A stretch of DNA of 32,480 nt, taken from contig NC_068988.1 in NCBI RefSeq assembly GCF_001194135.2, positions 13,047,540 through 13,080,019 of the forward strand. The letters are read 5' to 3'. Every line of letters starts with the position of its first letter. The stretch's first letter is position 1. The stretch is from Octopus bimaculoides. Its lineage: Eukaryota. A model generated the notes under the pieces. The model made no database searches. It worked only from the letters and a program-made list of their open reading frames with translations, and had not been told where the DNA came from. This document shows positions 22,041-32,480 of the stretch, piece by piece. The position numbers were made by a program, and so were the translations under genes.

Positions 22041-22535
22041 NNNNNNNNNNNNNNNNNNNNNNNNNNNNNNNNNNNNNNNNNNNNNNNNNNNNNNNNNNNN
22101 NNNNNNNNNNNNNNNNNNNNNNNNNNNNNNNNNNNNNNNNNNNNNNNNNNNNNNNNNNNNNNNNNNNNNNNNNNNNNNNNNNNNNNNNNNNNNNNNNNNN
22201 NNNNNNNNNNNNNNNNNNNNNNNNNNNNNNNNNNNNNNNNNNNNNNNNNNNNNNNNNNNNNNNNNNNNNNNNNNNNNNNNNNNNNNNNNNNNNNNNNNNN
22301 NNNNNNNNNNNNNNNNNNNNNNNNNNNNNNNNNNNNNNNNNNNNNNNNNNNNNNNNNNNNNNNNNNNNNNNNNNNNNNNNNNNNNNNNNNNNNNNNNNNN
22401 NNNNNNNNNNNNNNNNNNNNNNNNNNNNNNNNNNNNNNNNNNNNNNNNNNNNNNNNNNNNNNNNNNNNNNNNNNNNNNNNNNNNNNNNNNNNNNNNNNNN
22501 NNNNNNNNNNNNNNNNNNNNNNNNNNNNNNNNNNN

Positions 22536-22536
<1 letters not shown>
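22041..22536. other. Assembly gap (496 N)
   Basis: N run. The overlapping ORFs in the track are artefacts. Confidence 1.
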
Positions 22537-22572
<36 letters not shown>

Positions 22573-23989
22573 TCAATCACATAAAGGCCTTTACATCTGC
22601 AAGTATGTGTAGTGAACTGGTGCATGTCTATATAAGTAAGGATGCAGTATGAATGTAAATCAATAAAATCATTAATTATCAAGATTGCTGCTAGTGTAGA
22701 CTCAATAGAACTTGTGTGGATAGGAACTTATCATTTCAGAAACAGGAAGTTGATTGAAGGCAGACTTGTTTTTATTAAAGGATTTTATATCATATATATT
22801 GATTGAAAGTTGTTACCAAGTTGGCAACCTTACTAGCATAGACAAATAATTAAATAAATATACAAAAACTTTAAAAAATATAAAGTAATACAAAATAATG
22901 GTTTTAACAAAAAATGAAATAAACATGGAGAAATTATAGAGAAATTGATCTTGATAATTCAATGATATAAACTGAAATGCATTGTTTTATTAATTAAATT
23001 CTGTTGGTAGTGTTTTATGTGAGACCAAGTCTATGCACATATGTATACAGATCATAAACACAATGTTTTTGTATGTGCATATACTAAATATACCATTAGC
23101 AAACTAGCATTGTGCAATACAAAATGTGCTTTGTGTGCATATATTTTGTTTTATTTTTCTATTTATGAATCCCTTCAGATTGGGAAAAGAAAAGATCACT
23201 TGGCCGACTGTTCACTCTAAGTAGATGTATAGCAGCTTTTCCTTCCTTCTTTGACCAAACCATAAGGGGAGAGAGAGGGGGGAGTAAGGAAGAGAAAGAA
23301 AAGATAGAAAAGAGAGGGAGGGAGTGAGAGAAGAATAGAGGCGAGAGTAAGGAAGAGAGACAGAGAGAAGAGAGATATTCATTCATATTTTCATAACATT
23401 TTAGCGAATATAAATTGGTATATATAGTAAACATAATATGACTTTCTGAGATCATCTTGCTATATAAAATATGCTACAGTGATTTGGAATAAAGGATATG
23501 AGAGGATAACCTATATGGAATTTTTTTTGACATAGTAACTCTTTTTCTCCTGTATAATAAAACCCAAAAGATTTTAACATATAAAACAAGATACTTTGGC
23601 ATCAAAGTTTGAATAAAGCAGTAAAACAATAAGCAATGAGTAGGCATCTTATAGTGGAATTCCTGGTGTACTGTTTGACATTTAATATTCATGTGACTGA
23701 TTTTGTCGATAAACCTAAATCTCTCGAGGTGGAATATATTTTATACTAACATTACATTTAATGAGAAAATGTGTTGAAGAAAGTGTTATATTCAGTCTAG
23801 CAACTCCAAACATTCTTTACTAAATCACAGCAATAACATTTCTAAGCCACAAACCACTATGTAGTGGTATGTAATCTTAGATCAGACTGAAAGATGAAAA
23901 ATACAGAAGGAAGAGTTTAGGGTGATAGATACTAACAGCATTATAATCCCCAAGACAATGCAAGGCATAAAGGCTTGTGGTATTTATCT

Positions 23990-24175
23990 GAGAACTGGTG
24001 CCACATAAAAAGCATCCAGCACATCTGTAAAGTGGTGGGCATTAGGAAGAGCATCAAGTCACAGAAACCATGCCAAAACAGATAAGTGAAGTCTGGTGCA
24101 GCTTTCTAGATTGCTGGCTCTTGTCAAAGTGTCCAACCCATGCCAGCATGTAAAACAGATATTAAATGATGATAA
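23990..24175 (+). mobile_element. RTE 3' UTR/tail fragment
   Basis: ctggtgccacataaaaagca...gtccaacccatgccagcatgtaaaacagatattaaatgatgat. Confidence 0.8.
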
Positions 24176-24200
24176 ATGGATCACCTGTGCAACTGCTCAC

Positions 24201-24621
24201 TGTCAATTCAATCAAGAATGCCCTTTGCTTCCTTATGGAGCATAGACCATCAATGACTTTTCTTCATTGTTCTCAACTCTGAGCTGTCTTTTCTGTTTCT
24301 CTCCAGTTTGTCCCTGCTTTTTCCCATTCGGATTTTGTTGTACCATGTCATATGTTTTCCTGGAAGAAGGCCTTCCTCTCTTAGGTCTTGTTGGTTTTAA
24401 ATTGTCATTGACACTTCTGAAACTTTACTTTTTTCTAGATGTGGCTGTTGGCCCTACACAAACCTATTTTTACCTCTGGTTCATATTAGTCTGGCCTCTA
24501 TCCTTTGACCTGTCCAGTATGACAGGCCCTACCAGGAGCTTGCTCTTCGCTGACATAGCTGTGAGTGTCATTGAAACACACAAGCCCCCACACTGCAGCA
24601 AGGACAGGACCTTGTAGTGGA
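24201..24621 (-). mobile_element. Bipartite non-autonomous RTE element (5' UTR fused to 3' ORF end)
   Basis: Exact 10-bp TSD aactgctcac at 24191-24200 and 24622-24631. The 5' part has ccttg...tagggcc...ggacaggtcaaagga...ccagac (RTE-like 5' UTR). The 3' part encodes PKRGRP / EKAGTNWRETEKTAQS*EQ*RKVIDGLCSIRKQRA. Confidence 0.75.
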
Positions 24622-26099
24622 AACTGCTCACAGTGCTTATACCTTAAGACTGCACTGTGCAGAACCTTTCAATATAATAAAGATCCAAAATGTTGATGTT
24701 CAAATTGTGTTTTCATAACAATACAGCAAATAGGATATCATCTCCTTTTGGATAAAACACTAATTTTTTTTACATGCAACTTTTCCTGTAAGAATTGAAT
24801 AGCAAAATATTTAAATGCTTTCACCAGGAAAATAATATTGTTTGCTTACAGTTGAATTATAATATATTTAGTACTTATTTGAGCAAAGTGGACTTTGATA
24901 TTGAGAGCTAATTGTTAAGGCCATGAGACATGAAGCTCCAATAACATGTTACAAACCAGTAATCACTAAACTAGTTATTTCATTTCACATCAACCCTAAA
25001 TGATCAGACTTAAGATGAAAAGGGCTCCAGCTTTGGTCATCCCATCTTTTTTGCATGTATATAGGGGACCACATTAGATTCTTTATTTCCAAGGGATTTT
25101 TCAAATATTTAATATGGCAGAGTGAATTTGAGGAAGATTTGACTCCTATTTCTGACAGGTTGCATATCTGCATAGAAGCTTCCTTGTTTGCTATTATGTT
25201 AATTCAGATTCTGTAGAATAATGAGTAGCAATGAATAACCCCAAGTACTTCATTGGAAACCTCTTGGCCACTAATTTTGTAGGCCAGAGCTGAGAAAGGC
25301 TCCTTAAAAGTATAAACATCATCCACAATATTTTGAACTATTCAGTTATTCTGAAAGTATGTTCATCTGAGTTTCCTTAAGTAAAACCATCTTTTAACTT
25401 ATCTGCAAATAGCACAGTTGGTTGGATGACAGATAATCATCAAGCTAGATATTTTTGTTTACCAGATTAATTGATTTGTAATTCTGAGTTTGAAGCTTGC
25501 CAAAATTAACTTTGCTATAAATCCTTAATGAACTGACGAAAATGATGCTCTGTGTGTGGTATTTGTGAATACATGAAGAAACGAAATCAATTAAGGTATC
25601 AGAATAATACATAGCTAAACTCTTAGGTTATAACAAAGAACTTTTAGGTTATATTTAGCAAAGACAAGCAGTTTTAGCTTTACTTTCCTACTTTAACAAT
25701 CAGGTTCTGAAAGATTTTTTTCTTCCATTTTGCTTATGTCAGATATGTTGCCCAGGCAAAGCAAGTCCAGCTTTCAAATCAGCCTTTTTATTTATTACTT
25801 AAAGGAGGTATTACATCATTAGAATATGTTCATGCTGTAACAAATCTGTTGTTAGGATTTTCCATATAGTTTTGATTATATTATATTGAATTTTAATATA
25901 GGCATTGCTTATTTAAAAAAAAAAATTTATGGTTATTTGTTGGACCTGAAGAAAGGATCACAGTCTAAAGTCTTCAAAGATCTTCTGAGACTAGTGAGAT
26001 TAATGCTATTAATGTTGTGATGAAACTGTTGGAGGAGGGGGTGGAGTTTTGATCAGATTGAATATTATCTAATATTGAATGAATTTACAAAATAATATT

Positions 26100-26313
26100 G
26101 GCTTCAAATTTTGGAACAAGGCCAGCAGTTTCAGAGGAGGGCCTAAGTTGATTACATCAACCCCAGTGTTTAACTGGTACTTATTTTATTGACCTCAAAA
26201 GGATGAAAAGCAAAGTTGACTTTGGTGGAATTTGAATTCAGAACATTAAGATAGTTGAAATCCTGAAAAGTATTTTGCCCAGTGTGCTAATGATTCTGCT
26301 AGCCTGTCCCCTT
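26100..26313 (-). mobile_element. SINE type B, full length with TSD
   Basis: Exact 18-bp TSD aatttacaaaataatatt at 26082-26099 and 26314-26331. The copy contains no CpG. Confidence 0.85.
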
Positions 26314-26363
26314 AATTTACAAAATAATATTACAATCAAATGAGTTTTTATATTTCTGTTGTG

Positions 26364-26703
26364 TTTTACTTGTTTCAGTCATTGGACTGTGGTCATGCTG
26401 GAGTGCAACTGGGAAAGGTTTAGTAGAACAAATCAATCCCAGGATTTATTTTTAAAGTTTGCTACTTACCAAACTGTTAAGTTATAGGGATGTAAACAAA
26501 CCAACACTAGTGGTCAAACAGTGGTGGAGCAGGACAAAAACAAACACACACACATATACAACAGGCTTCTGCAGTTTCCATCTACCAAATTCACTCAGGA
26601 GACATTAGTCAGTCAGGTGCTATAGTAGAAGACACTTGTTCAAGGTGACATCCAGCGAGATTGAACCAGAAACCATGTGATTGAAAATAAGCTTCTTAAC
26701 CAT
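26364..26703 (-). mobile_element. SINE type A, near full length
   Basis: ttttacttgtttcagtcattggactgtggtcatgctgg...gctatagtagaagacacttg...gcttcttaacca. Confidence 0.85.
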
Positions 26704-27496
26704 ATAGATTGAAAATTATAAAATAGCAGCAACAAAAGTATCATGTGTTACATATTATAACATAGATATATTATTTTTAAGTAGCTTTTTAATACAGCAT
26801 ATTGAAACTAACTTAACAGTTGTTTTTCAGACAGATTTTTATCTCTGAATTAATTTATACTCTAATGGATCAAATTTCTCGATGCCAACAAATATACACT
26901 ATTGTATATTTACTAAGTGATTCTTTCATCATTACTTCAGCAGGTATGAACTTTGATTTTCCGATGAGGTAGATAAAGACCAAAACATGTCAGGAGTTGT
27001 CTCCTGTACATGTCAGAGAATGTCAATAGCACTGAAAAGTCTGAAAATAGTTCATACATGTATATATATATATTTAGCACAGTGTATTTATTTCTAGTTA
27101 GTTCTATAATGCTCTATGCATTAAATGTATTAACACTACAGAAGAGTTACAGTTCACTACCATGCCACACAATATTTTAAATCATTTTCGTTATTAGTAA
27201 ATCTCTCTCTCTCTCTCTCACACACACACATACAGTGCTTGATGACAAAACATTTCCTCTCCATCTTACATCTGAAGGCATTTAATGTATACATTAAGAC
27301 ACTGACAATTACAGACTTCTGGCACTCCGCCAGTTCTATAATATTGTTGTATACTAAGGAAAAGGCAGAGATGAAAGAATAGATGGGACACTAGACAAGA
27401 TATTTTGCTGTATTTATTTGTCTTTCATGCCTCTGATGTTGAGAAAGTTAAGTACTAATCAAATATTGGAGTTTATTGGATCGAACAGACACATAC

Positions 27497-27546
27497 TTCA
27501 GCATTTGAGACTTCGTACCGCAGTCTAGAAATGAAGTTTTATGCTC
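27497..27546 (-). other. Candidate 50-nt exon (5' UTR or first coding)
   Basis: ctcctgtgttttacAG|gagcat...caaATGctgaa|GTATGT. It retains CpGs and lies just inside the putative gene body. Confidence 0.3.
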
Positions 27547-27789
27547 CTGTAAAACACAGGAGTGTGGTTTATTAGAGGGGTTGTTAAAATGTTGAGATAA
27601 AGGCATTCGATTAACACCTATCCTGTCAAAATTGTTGGCCAAGTGCTTAAATTAAGAACAGTTATTTACTCAAACGGCACTATTAGCATTGTCAATACTT
27701 TAATTTTTTTTTTTAGGAAGAAATTTCTGTTTATTCCAAGATTCACACAGATACAAAGAAAGAGGGAAGAAGAGAGATAAAAATGGAAA

Positions 27790-28135
27790 AGAAAGAAAAG
27801 GAAAAAAAAGCAAAAAAAGGTGGTGGGGGTAAAGCAGCAGAAAATGGAGGTGGAGGGGTCACATATCCCAGAACAAGTGGGGTGCTCAGCCGTGCCCCAT
27901 GGAAATGACCGCGATGGTGTTGCCGCAGATAATGGCTAGCTGCTAGTGACACTCTCTGCAGGAGTCACTCCACATCGCAGGGCCCATTTCTCCTACGAGC
28001 ATGCTGTTAGCCCTATTTTGCAGAGGAAATTGGTAGTACGGCGTCCTAGAACACCTGACGTCTTCACGGCGACCAGCACAGACTGATAGCTACCGGCCGG
28101 ACTCCTGTATTTATCGATTTATCTGAATTATTTAA
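27790..28135. promoter_or_regulatory. CpG-rich unique island, probable promoter / first-exon region
   Basis: Locally high GC and CpG, with no similarity to the repeats in the window. Contains CRE-like TGACGTCT (28056-28063) and DRE-like TATCGATT (28112-28119). It sits at the CpG-depleted/CpG-normal boundary. Confidence 0.45.
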
Positions 28136-28267
28136 GTCCTTACTTCTGTACAATAGACACATTAAAAAGAAACCATAAAAGACTCAAACATTCACCACTG
28201 AAATGATAATGGTTGGAAGGTCTCTTATATCTGTCCAGAAGTCATATATGAAATCAAATATGACATT

Positions 28268-28460
28268 TATCTAATTGACGCTGCTGCTATTTGTAAGTTT
28301 AGTACAGAGTCAACTCTGATCAACCAAATCTATGATCAAATGCTTTCTGACTCTGACTATCCTATCTATTATTCAATCATATTGTATTTGAGACTACATT
28401 ATCCAATATATCATTAAATTTTTTTGTTATAACGGTAGGTTGTAATTTGAAGATTTGATT
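28268..28460 (+). repeat. Dispersed SINE-like repeat, type D (other copies ~21250-21350 +, ~29345-29500 +, ~29725-29925 -, ~31595-31700 -, ~31775-31975 -)
   Basis: Shared blocks tatgatcaaa, gactacattatccaat and tttggctgctatttctagca occur between copies. Confidence 0.6.
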
Positions 28461-28565
28461 TATTTCTTATTTCTTTATTGCCCAAAAGGGGCTAAACAGA
28501 GAAGGGACAAACAAGGGGATTAAGTCGATTACATCGACCCCTAGTGCGTAACTGGTACTTAATTT

Positions 28566-29178
28566 GGAAAGACCCCTCCCCCCCCATTTTCTCCCAAATT
28601 TGTTTATTTTTGTAATTTTTTTTGCCAAAAATACCCGTTTTCGGATATGGAGGTTCTGGAAAATTGCTAAAAATCGACATTGTGAAATTTTTACCCCCCT
28701 TCCTCACCCCGAACTTCTTCAGTTTTGACTTTTTTCCCAACACTAACCCGAAAACCGTAAGTACAGAAATGTTTTGAAATTTTTGTCCAAATCATAATGT
28801 CGGCATTTTTCCACATATTTAGANNNNNNNNNNNNNNNNNNNNNNNNNNNNNNNNNNNNNNNNNNNNNNNNNNNNNNNNNNNNNNNNNNNNNNNNNNNNN
28901 NNNNNNNNNNNNNNNNNNNNNNNNNNNNNNNNNNNNNNNNNNNNNNNNNNNNNNNNNNNNNNNNNNNNNNNNNNNNNNNNNNNNNNNNNNNNNNNNNNNN
29001 NNNNNNNNAAAAAAGTTAAAATGAAGGAAATGGGGGTGGGGGTAATTTAGAAATGTTGATTTTTGTCAATTTTTTGCAGATTCGTATTCCCCGTAGCCGA
29101 AAAGTGGGGTTTGTGTCGGGAAAAAAAAAAAATTTTAAGAGTGTTTTTTTTTTAATGGGGACGGGCGGAAGACTTGCC
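28566..29178. mobile_element. Long-TIR foldback MITE (Mutator-like), centre unsequenced
   Basis: 8-bp TSD cttaattt at 28558-28565 and 29179-29186. Termini are GG...CC. About 170-bp imperfect inverted arms, e.g. gaaaattgctaaaaatcgacatt versus reverse-complement aaaaattgacaaaaatcaacatt. Confidence 0.7.
28824..29008. other. Assembly gap (185 N)
   Basis: N run inside the foldback element. Confidence 1.
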
Positions 29179-32100
29179 CTTAATTTATCGACCCCGAAAG
29201 GATGAAAGGCAAAGTCGACCTCGGCGGAATTTGAACTCAGAACGTAACGGCAGACGAAATACCGCAAAGCAATTCGCCCAGCGTGCTTAACGTTTCTGCC
29301 AGCTCGCCACCTTAAATTTGATTTATTTCTAGTAGGTCTAACGATCGCAGCTGTTGATGTTTTTAATCACAGATCTGGATATTTCAGGATGACCATCACG
29401 TATTTCATTCATATAGTGTTATCTAGGTCTATAGTTTCCAATGTGTACATCATTTTATAAGAGATTAGGAGATGATGTTTGGCTGCTATTTCTAGCAAGT
29501 CGAGCATTCATAATGAACGTAATTAGCATCCAAAATTACATCATTGAAGAAATTTTCAATAAAATCCGAAGAGGTAGTTTAAAACCTGGCCCTAATGTTT
29601 CCTATATATATATATATATATATCCATAAGCATTATTGGCATATTTAAATATAACTTTGAACTTCAAGTTAAATACGATTTTAAACGTAGATTCTGAAGG
29701 GATTAAAGCAGTAAAGATGAGCCAACATGGAAGCCTCGACATGGTCGTTCGACCTGCGAGAAATAGCAATCGAATCTTCTCAAACCATATCCTATCATCT
29801 TTTCAAATGACACAAAGATGTTTCTGTGGTGCCTGGTGCCCTATTCCAGAAGTATAGATGGTGTGGTCACAGTTGGAATGACATTTGATCATAGAGCTGA
29901 CCTGGAGCTTAACAAGAATAATGCCAACGACCTTATGGAACTGTGGTTCCCCATTGCTATTAGTCTTGAGGTCATGTAAAGGATCATGGATACTGCCTTC
30001 TCCTTTTCCTCTGACTGAGCCATAAAATAAAATATATTAAAGAAAAAAAAAACGTCTGGCTCAATCTAGGACAGTTTGGAGTTAAATGTTTAAATGTATT
30101 TGATAAAAGTTTGACCCAGTTCCATATTAGTTAAAGTTTCATGGCCATAGAGACATGTCCTCCAAAACTGGTGTCTGAAAGAGCACAGTAAGCATCAACA
30201 GAAAAAAAAAATCCTACTTTAATAATTTCTTTTTTTGTGAGTTTGGAATAGCTACTACTTGCAGAAAGAAAAGTGCAACGAAATGTCTGTTTTTTTTGTC
30301 TTCCCTTTTTATTTTTTATTGTTCCTGTTTCATACAACAGGAATTACAACTCCATCAAATTAAGTAGTTGTATGCTGTCAACTTAATGTGACAGTCCCCA
30401 GAAGGGAATAATACTACTGTTGGTTAGACCTAGGAAGCTGCACCGCTTCCTGTCGGCCTTGACACATTTCCTGTGTTCTTATGTTTACAAGGGGGGAGAC
30501 AAGCACCTCTATCAAATTACTTTTTCAAAAAATGTTGATCGCCAATCAATTTTTGCCTTTAGATCCGAGTACTTCTTCCCCATAAGGTAAGGATAGCTAT
30601 TCCAAAACCTCACTGAATATTTTTTGTTATGGTTCAGTTAGAGAAGAAAGGGCAGCGACTGTGTCCTTTTTCAGGATCTCTGTAGATAATGAGAGAAAAG
30701 CAGGTTGTTATCCTCAGACTAGAAATCTGGTCTCAACGCTAGCAACAGGATAGACACTGTCAAGGTTCTCAAGGGTCAGGTAGTGATGTTGGCCACTGAT
30801 TTTGTCTATCGCCATTATAGTATTATATAACAACAACCAAACGTTGACTAAAGACAGGACTTAAAGGCGGTACGTAACTAAAACAACTGCGACCCATAGA
30901 ATATCACTGAGTACGATTCCTTACTTGGCAACTTGGAAGTTAAACGTAGTGGGGTAATGAAAAGTGTACAAAAACGGATTTCAGATTCCTGTAAGTATCC
31001 AAGATGCAAATGGAATTACTAAGGCTCTTATTCTTGAAGATTGCCAAAGAGAAAGATCGTGTGATCAGATAGTTACGAAAATTAATATCGTCCTTTAATA
31101 GAGACCATCGAGACCACATCGCAAATAGTAACATCATCAGCGACTAAAGTTCTTTTTACAGAAAATTGTAGATTTTTTTATGTGAAGAAGTCTACCAAAC
31201 TGAAGACAACATTAAAAGAACTGCCATTAGAAACAAGAAAGAAAGAGCGGATATATGTCTGTGAGACTATACAGAGAAAATTCAAGTTATCAATGAAAGA
31301 TCATTCACATATAGTTTAGTTTTCAAAGAAGAGATGCTATAAGCTTGCTACAGTAGTTAATCCATTCGAATCCGAATCAACATGGAAGTATCTTTTCCAG
31401 TAATGGCGAACTCCTGATATGCAGTCAGCAACGACATACAGCAGGTTTTTAAGTGACACTCGATGGACTTGGGAAATATAACAAAAACAAACCTTTTTTG
31501 CAGAGTTATATATATATATAAAAAAAAACTTTTATTTAAAGCTAAAATATGTGACATTCTAGAACGGACACGTTTGATAATGTAGTCATTGATACACTAT
31601 TTAAAAGAAAAATGGCTATGATGGCTGGATCGTCTTTAACCATAGTTTTGCTTGATCAAAGCTGACCTTCAGACTAAATAACAGCAACAACAATCCATAC
31701 AAACAAATAGATTTCCAAGAAAAGGTATTGAGTTAAAAGCGAAGACTACCTGGAGCCAACCAAGGAACCTCTAACAGTCATTCAACATGTTAGAAACAAC
31801 AGCCAAATACCTCTTAAATTACACCTTTCTATCTTAAAACGAAAAAGGACCAAGTAACTAATGTAGTACTAGATACACAATGACTACAAAAAGAAAGGAT
31901 GGTCACATCTGAAACAACTTTAATCATGTGTCTGCCTAGTCAAAGCTGTTTTCGGACTAAACAGCAATGAGGACAACACCAATATAGACTTGAATTTTCT
32001 TCTTGATACGCAGGGCAAAGCCTTTACAAACAAATTGGCCGAAACATATTCGATCAGTTATCCATAAGAATACCGTGAAATAGTATCCCTCTAAATGGCT

Positions 32101-32210
32101 AAACCAGCTGGATTTTACCATCAGGAAACATCGGATTGAAGTCGTATTTTCATAACGTGTAAGAATTGCTTATTATTTTCTATTTTTTTAATAGGTATAT
32201 AATTTTTTTT

Positions 32211-32448
32211 GGAAAGACTTCCGCCCCCCCCCCCATTTTCTCCCAAATTTGTTTATTTTTGTAATTTTTTTTGTCAAAAATACCCGTCTTCAGATACGGA
32301 GGTTCCGGGAAATTGCCAAAAATCGGCATTGTGAACTCCCCCCCCCCAACTTCTTCAATTTTGACTTTTTCCCCTAACACTAACCGTAAATACCGAAATG
32401 GGTCAAACTAAAGGGTTTGACCCGGTGGGAAATAAAAAAAATAAAATA
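32211..32448 (+). mobile_element. Second copy of the foldback-element arm, single arm with 3' hairpin
   Basis: 32211-32400 aligns closely with 28566-28775. It is followed by the perfect 9-bp hairpin gggtcaaac-taaagg-gtttgaccc (32400-32423) and an A-rich stretch. Confidence 0.7.
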
Positions 32449-32480
32449 TTTTAATAGGTGTAAAACAACTTGCTGCGAAC

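Larger units (their letters stand above)
28470..29313 (-). mobile_element. SINE type B split by a foldback insertion
   Basis: The sequence aactggtacttaattt|atcgaccccgaaagg is interrupted between 28565 and 29187. The 5' half at 29187-29313 retains its CpGs. Confidence 0.85.

Noticed and set aside
21738-22682. Long ORFs of 183-314 aa
   Set aside because: They are open only because they cross the 496-N gap.
26936-27040. Possible 105-nt minus-strand exon containing MFWSLSTSSENQSSYLL, superficially like the PP6R/SAPS start MFWKF...LL
   Set aside because: All three frames contain stops across the exon, and the similarity is limited to MFW and LL in a family whose N-terminus is normally highly conserved.
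3262-29313. Apparent strand bias of type B SINEs (most clear copies are on the minus strand)
   Set aside because: Diverged plus-strand copies exist (about 4005-4170 and 18165-18390) and the sample is small and chosen post hoc.
30432-30451. 7-bp hairpin aggaagc-tgcacc-gcttcct with ETS-like GGAA cores nearby
   Set aside because: Too short to exceed chance expectation in 32 kb, with no other support.
96-32380. The ORF track as evidence of genes
   Set aside because: Nearly all ORFs are under 135 aa and overlap SINEs, RTE UTRs, microsatellites (VCVC, YIYI, THTH) or N runs. None resembles a host protein family I recognise.

Overview
AT-rich eukaryotic, repeat-dominated DNA with two assembly gaps (N runs at 22041-22536 and 28824-29008). 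The SINE and LINE sequences match repeats I recognise from memory as Octopus-like (coleoid cephalopod); this is an inference, not a database result. No complete protein-coding gene, rRNA, tRNA or CRISPR array is supported, and almost every ORF in the track is a repeat fragment, microsatellite or N-run artefact. The window holds many tRNA-derived SINE copies of at least three body types, RTE LINE fragments, Penelope-like remnants, a DD37D/maT-like transposase relic, an L1/Tx1-like 3' end, two TTAA-flanked MITEs and a long-TIR foldback element. The strongest non-repeat signal is a sharp switch from CpG-depleted DNA (about 1-27.4 kb) to CpG-normal DNA (about 27.4-32.5 kb), with a unique CpG-rich island at 27.8-28.1 kb. 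This suggests a promoter at the edge of a methylated gene body whose long introns fill most of the window; a few weak candidate minus-strand exons are listed. I found no convincing novel biological system. The findings are mostly transposon architecture and gene-structure hypotheses, and repeat boundaries and counts were estimated by eye.
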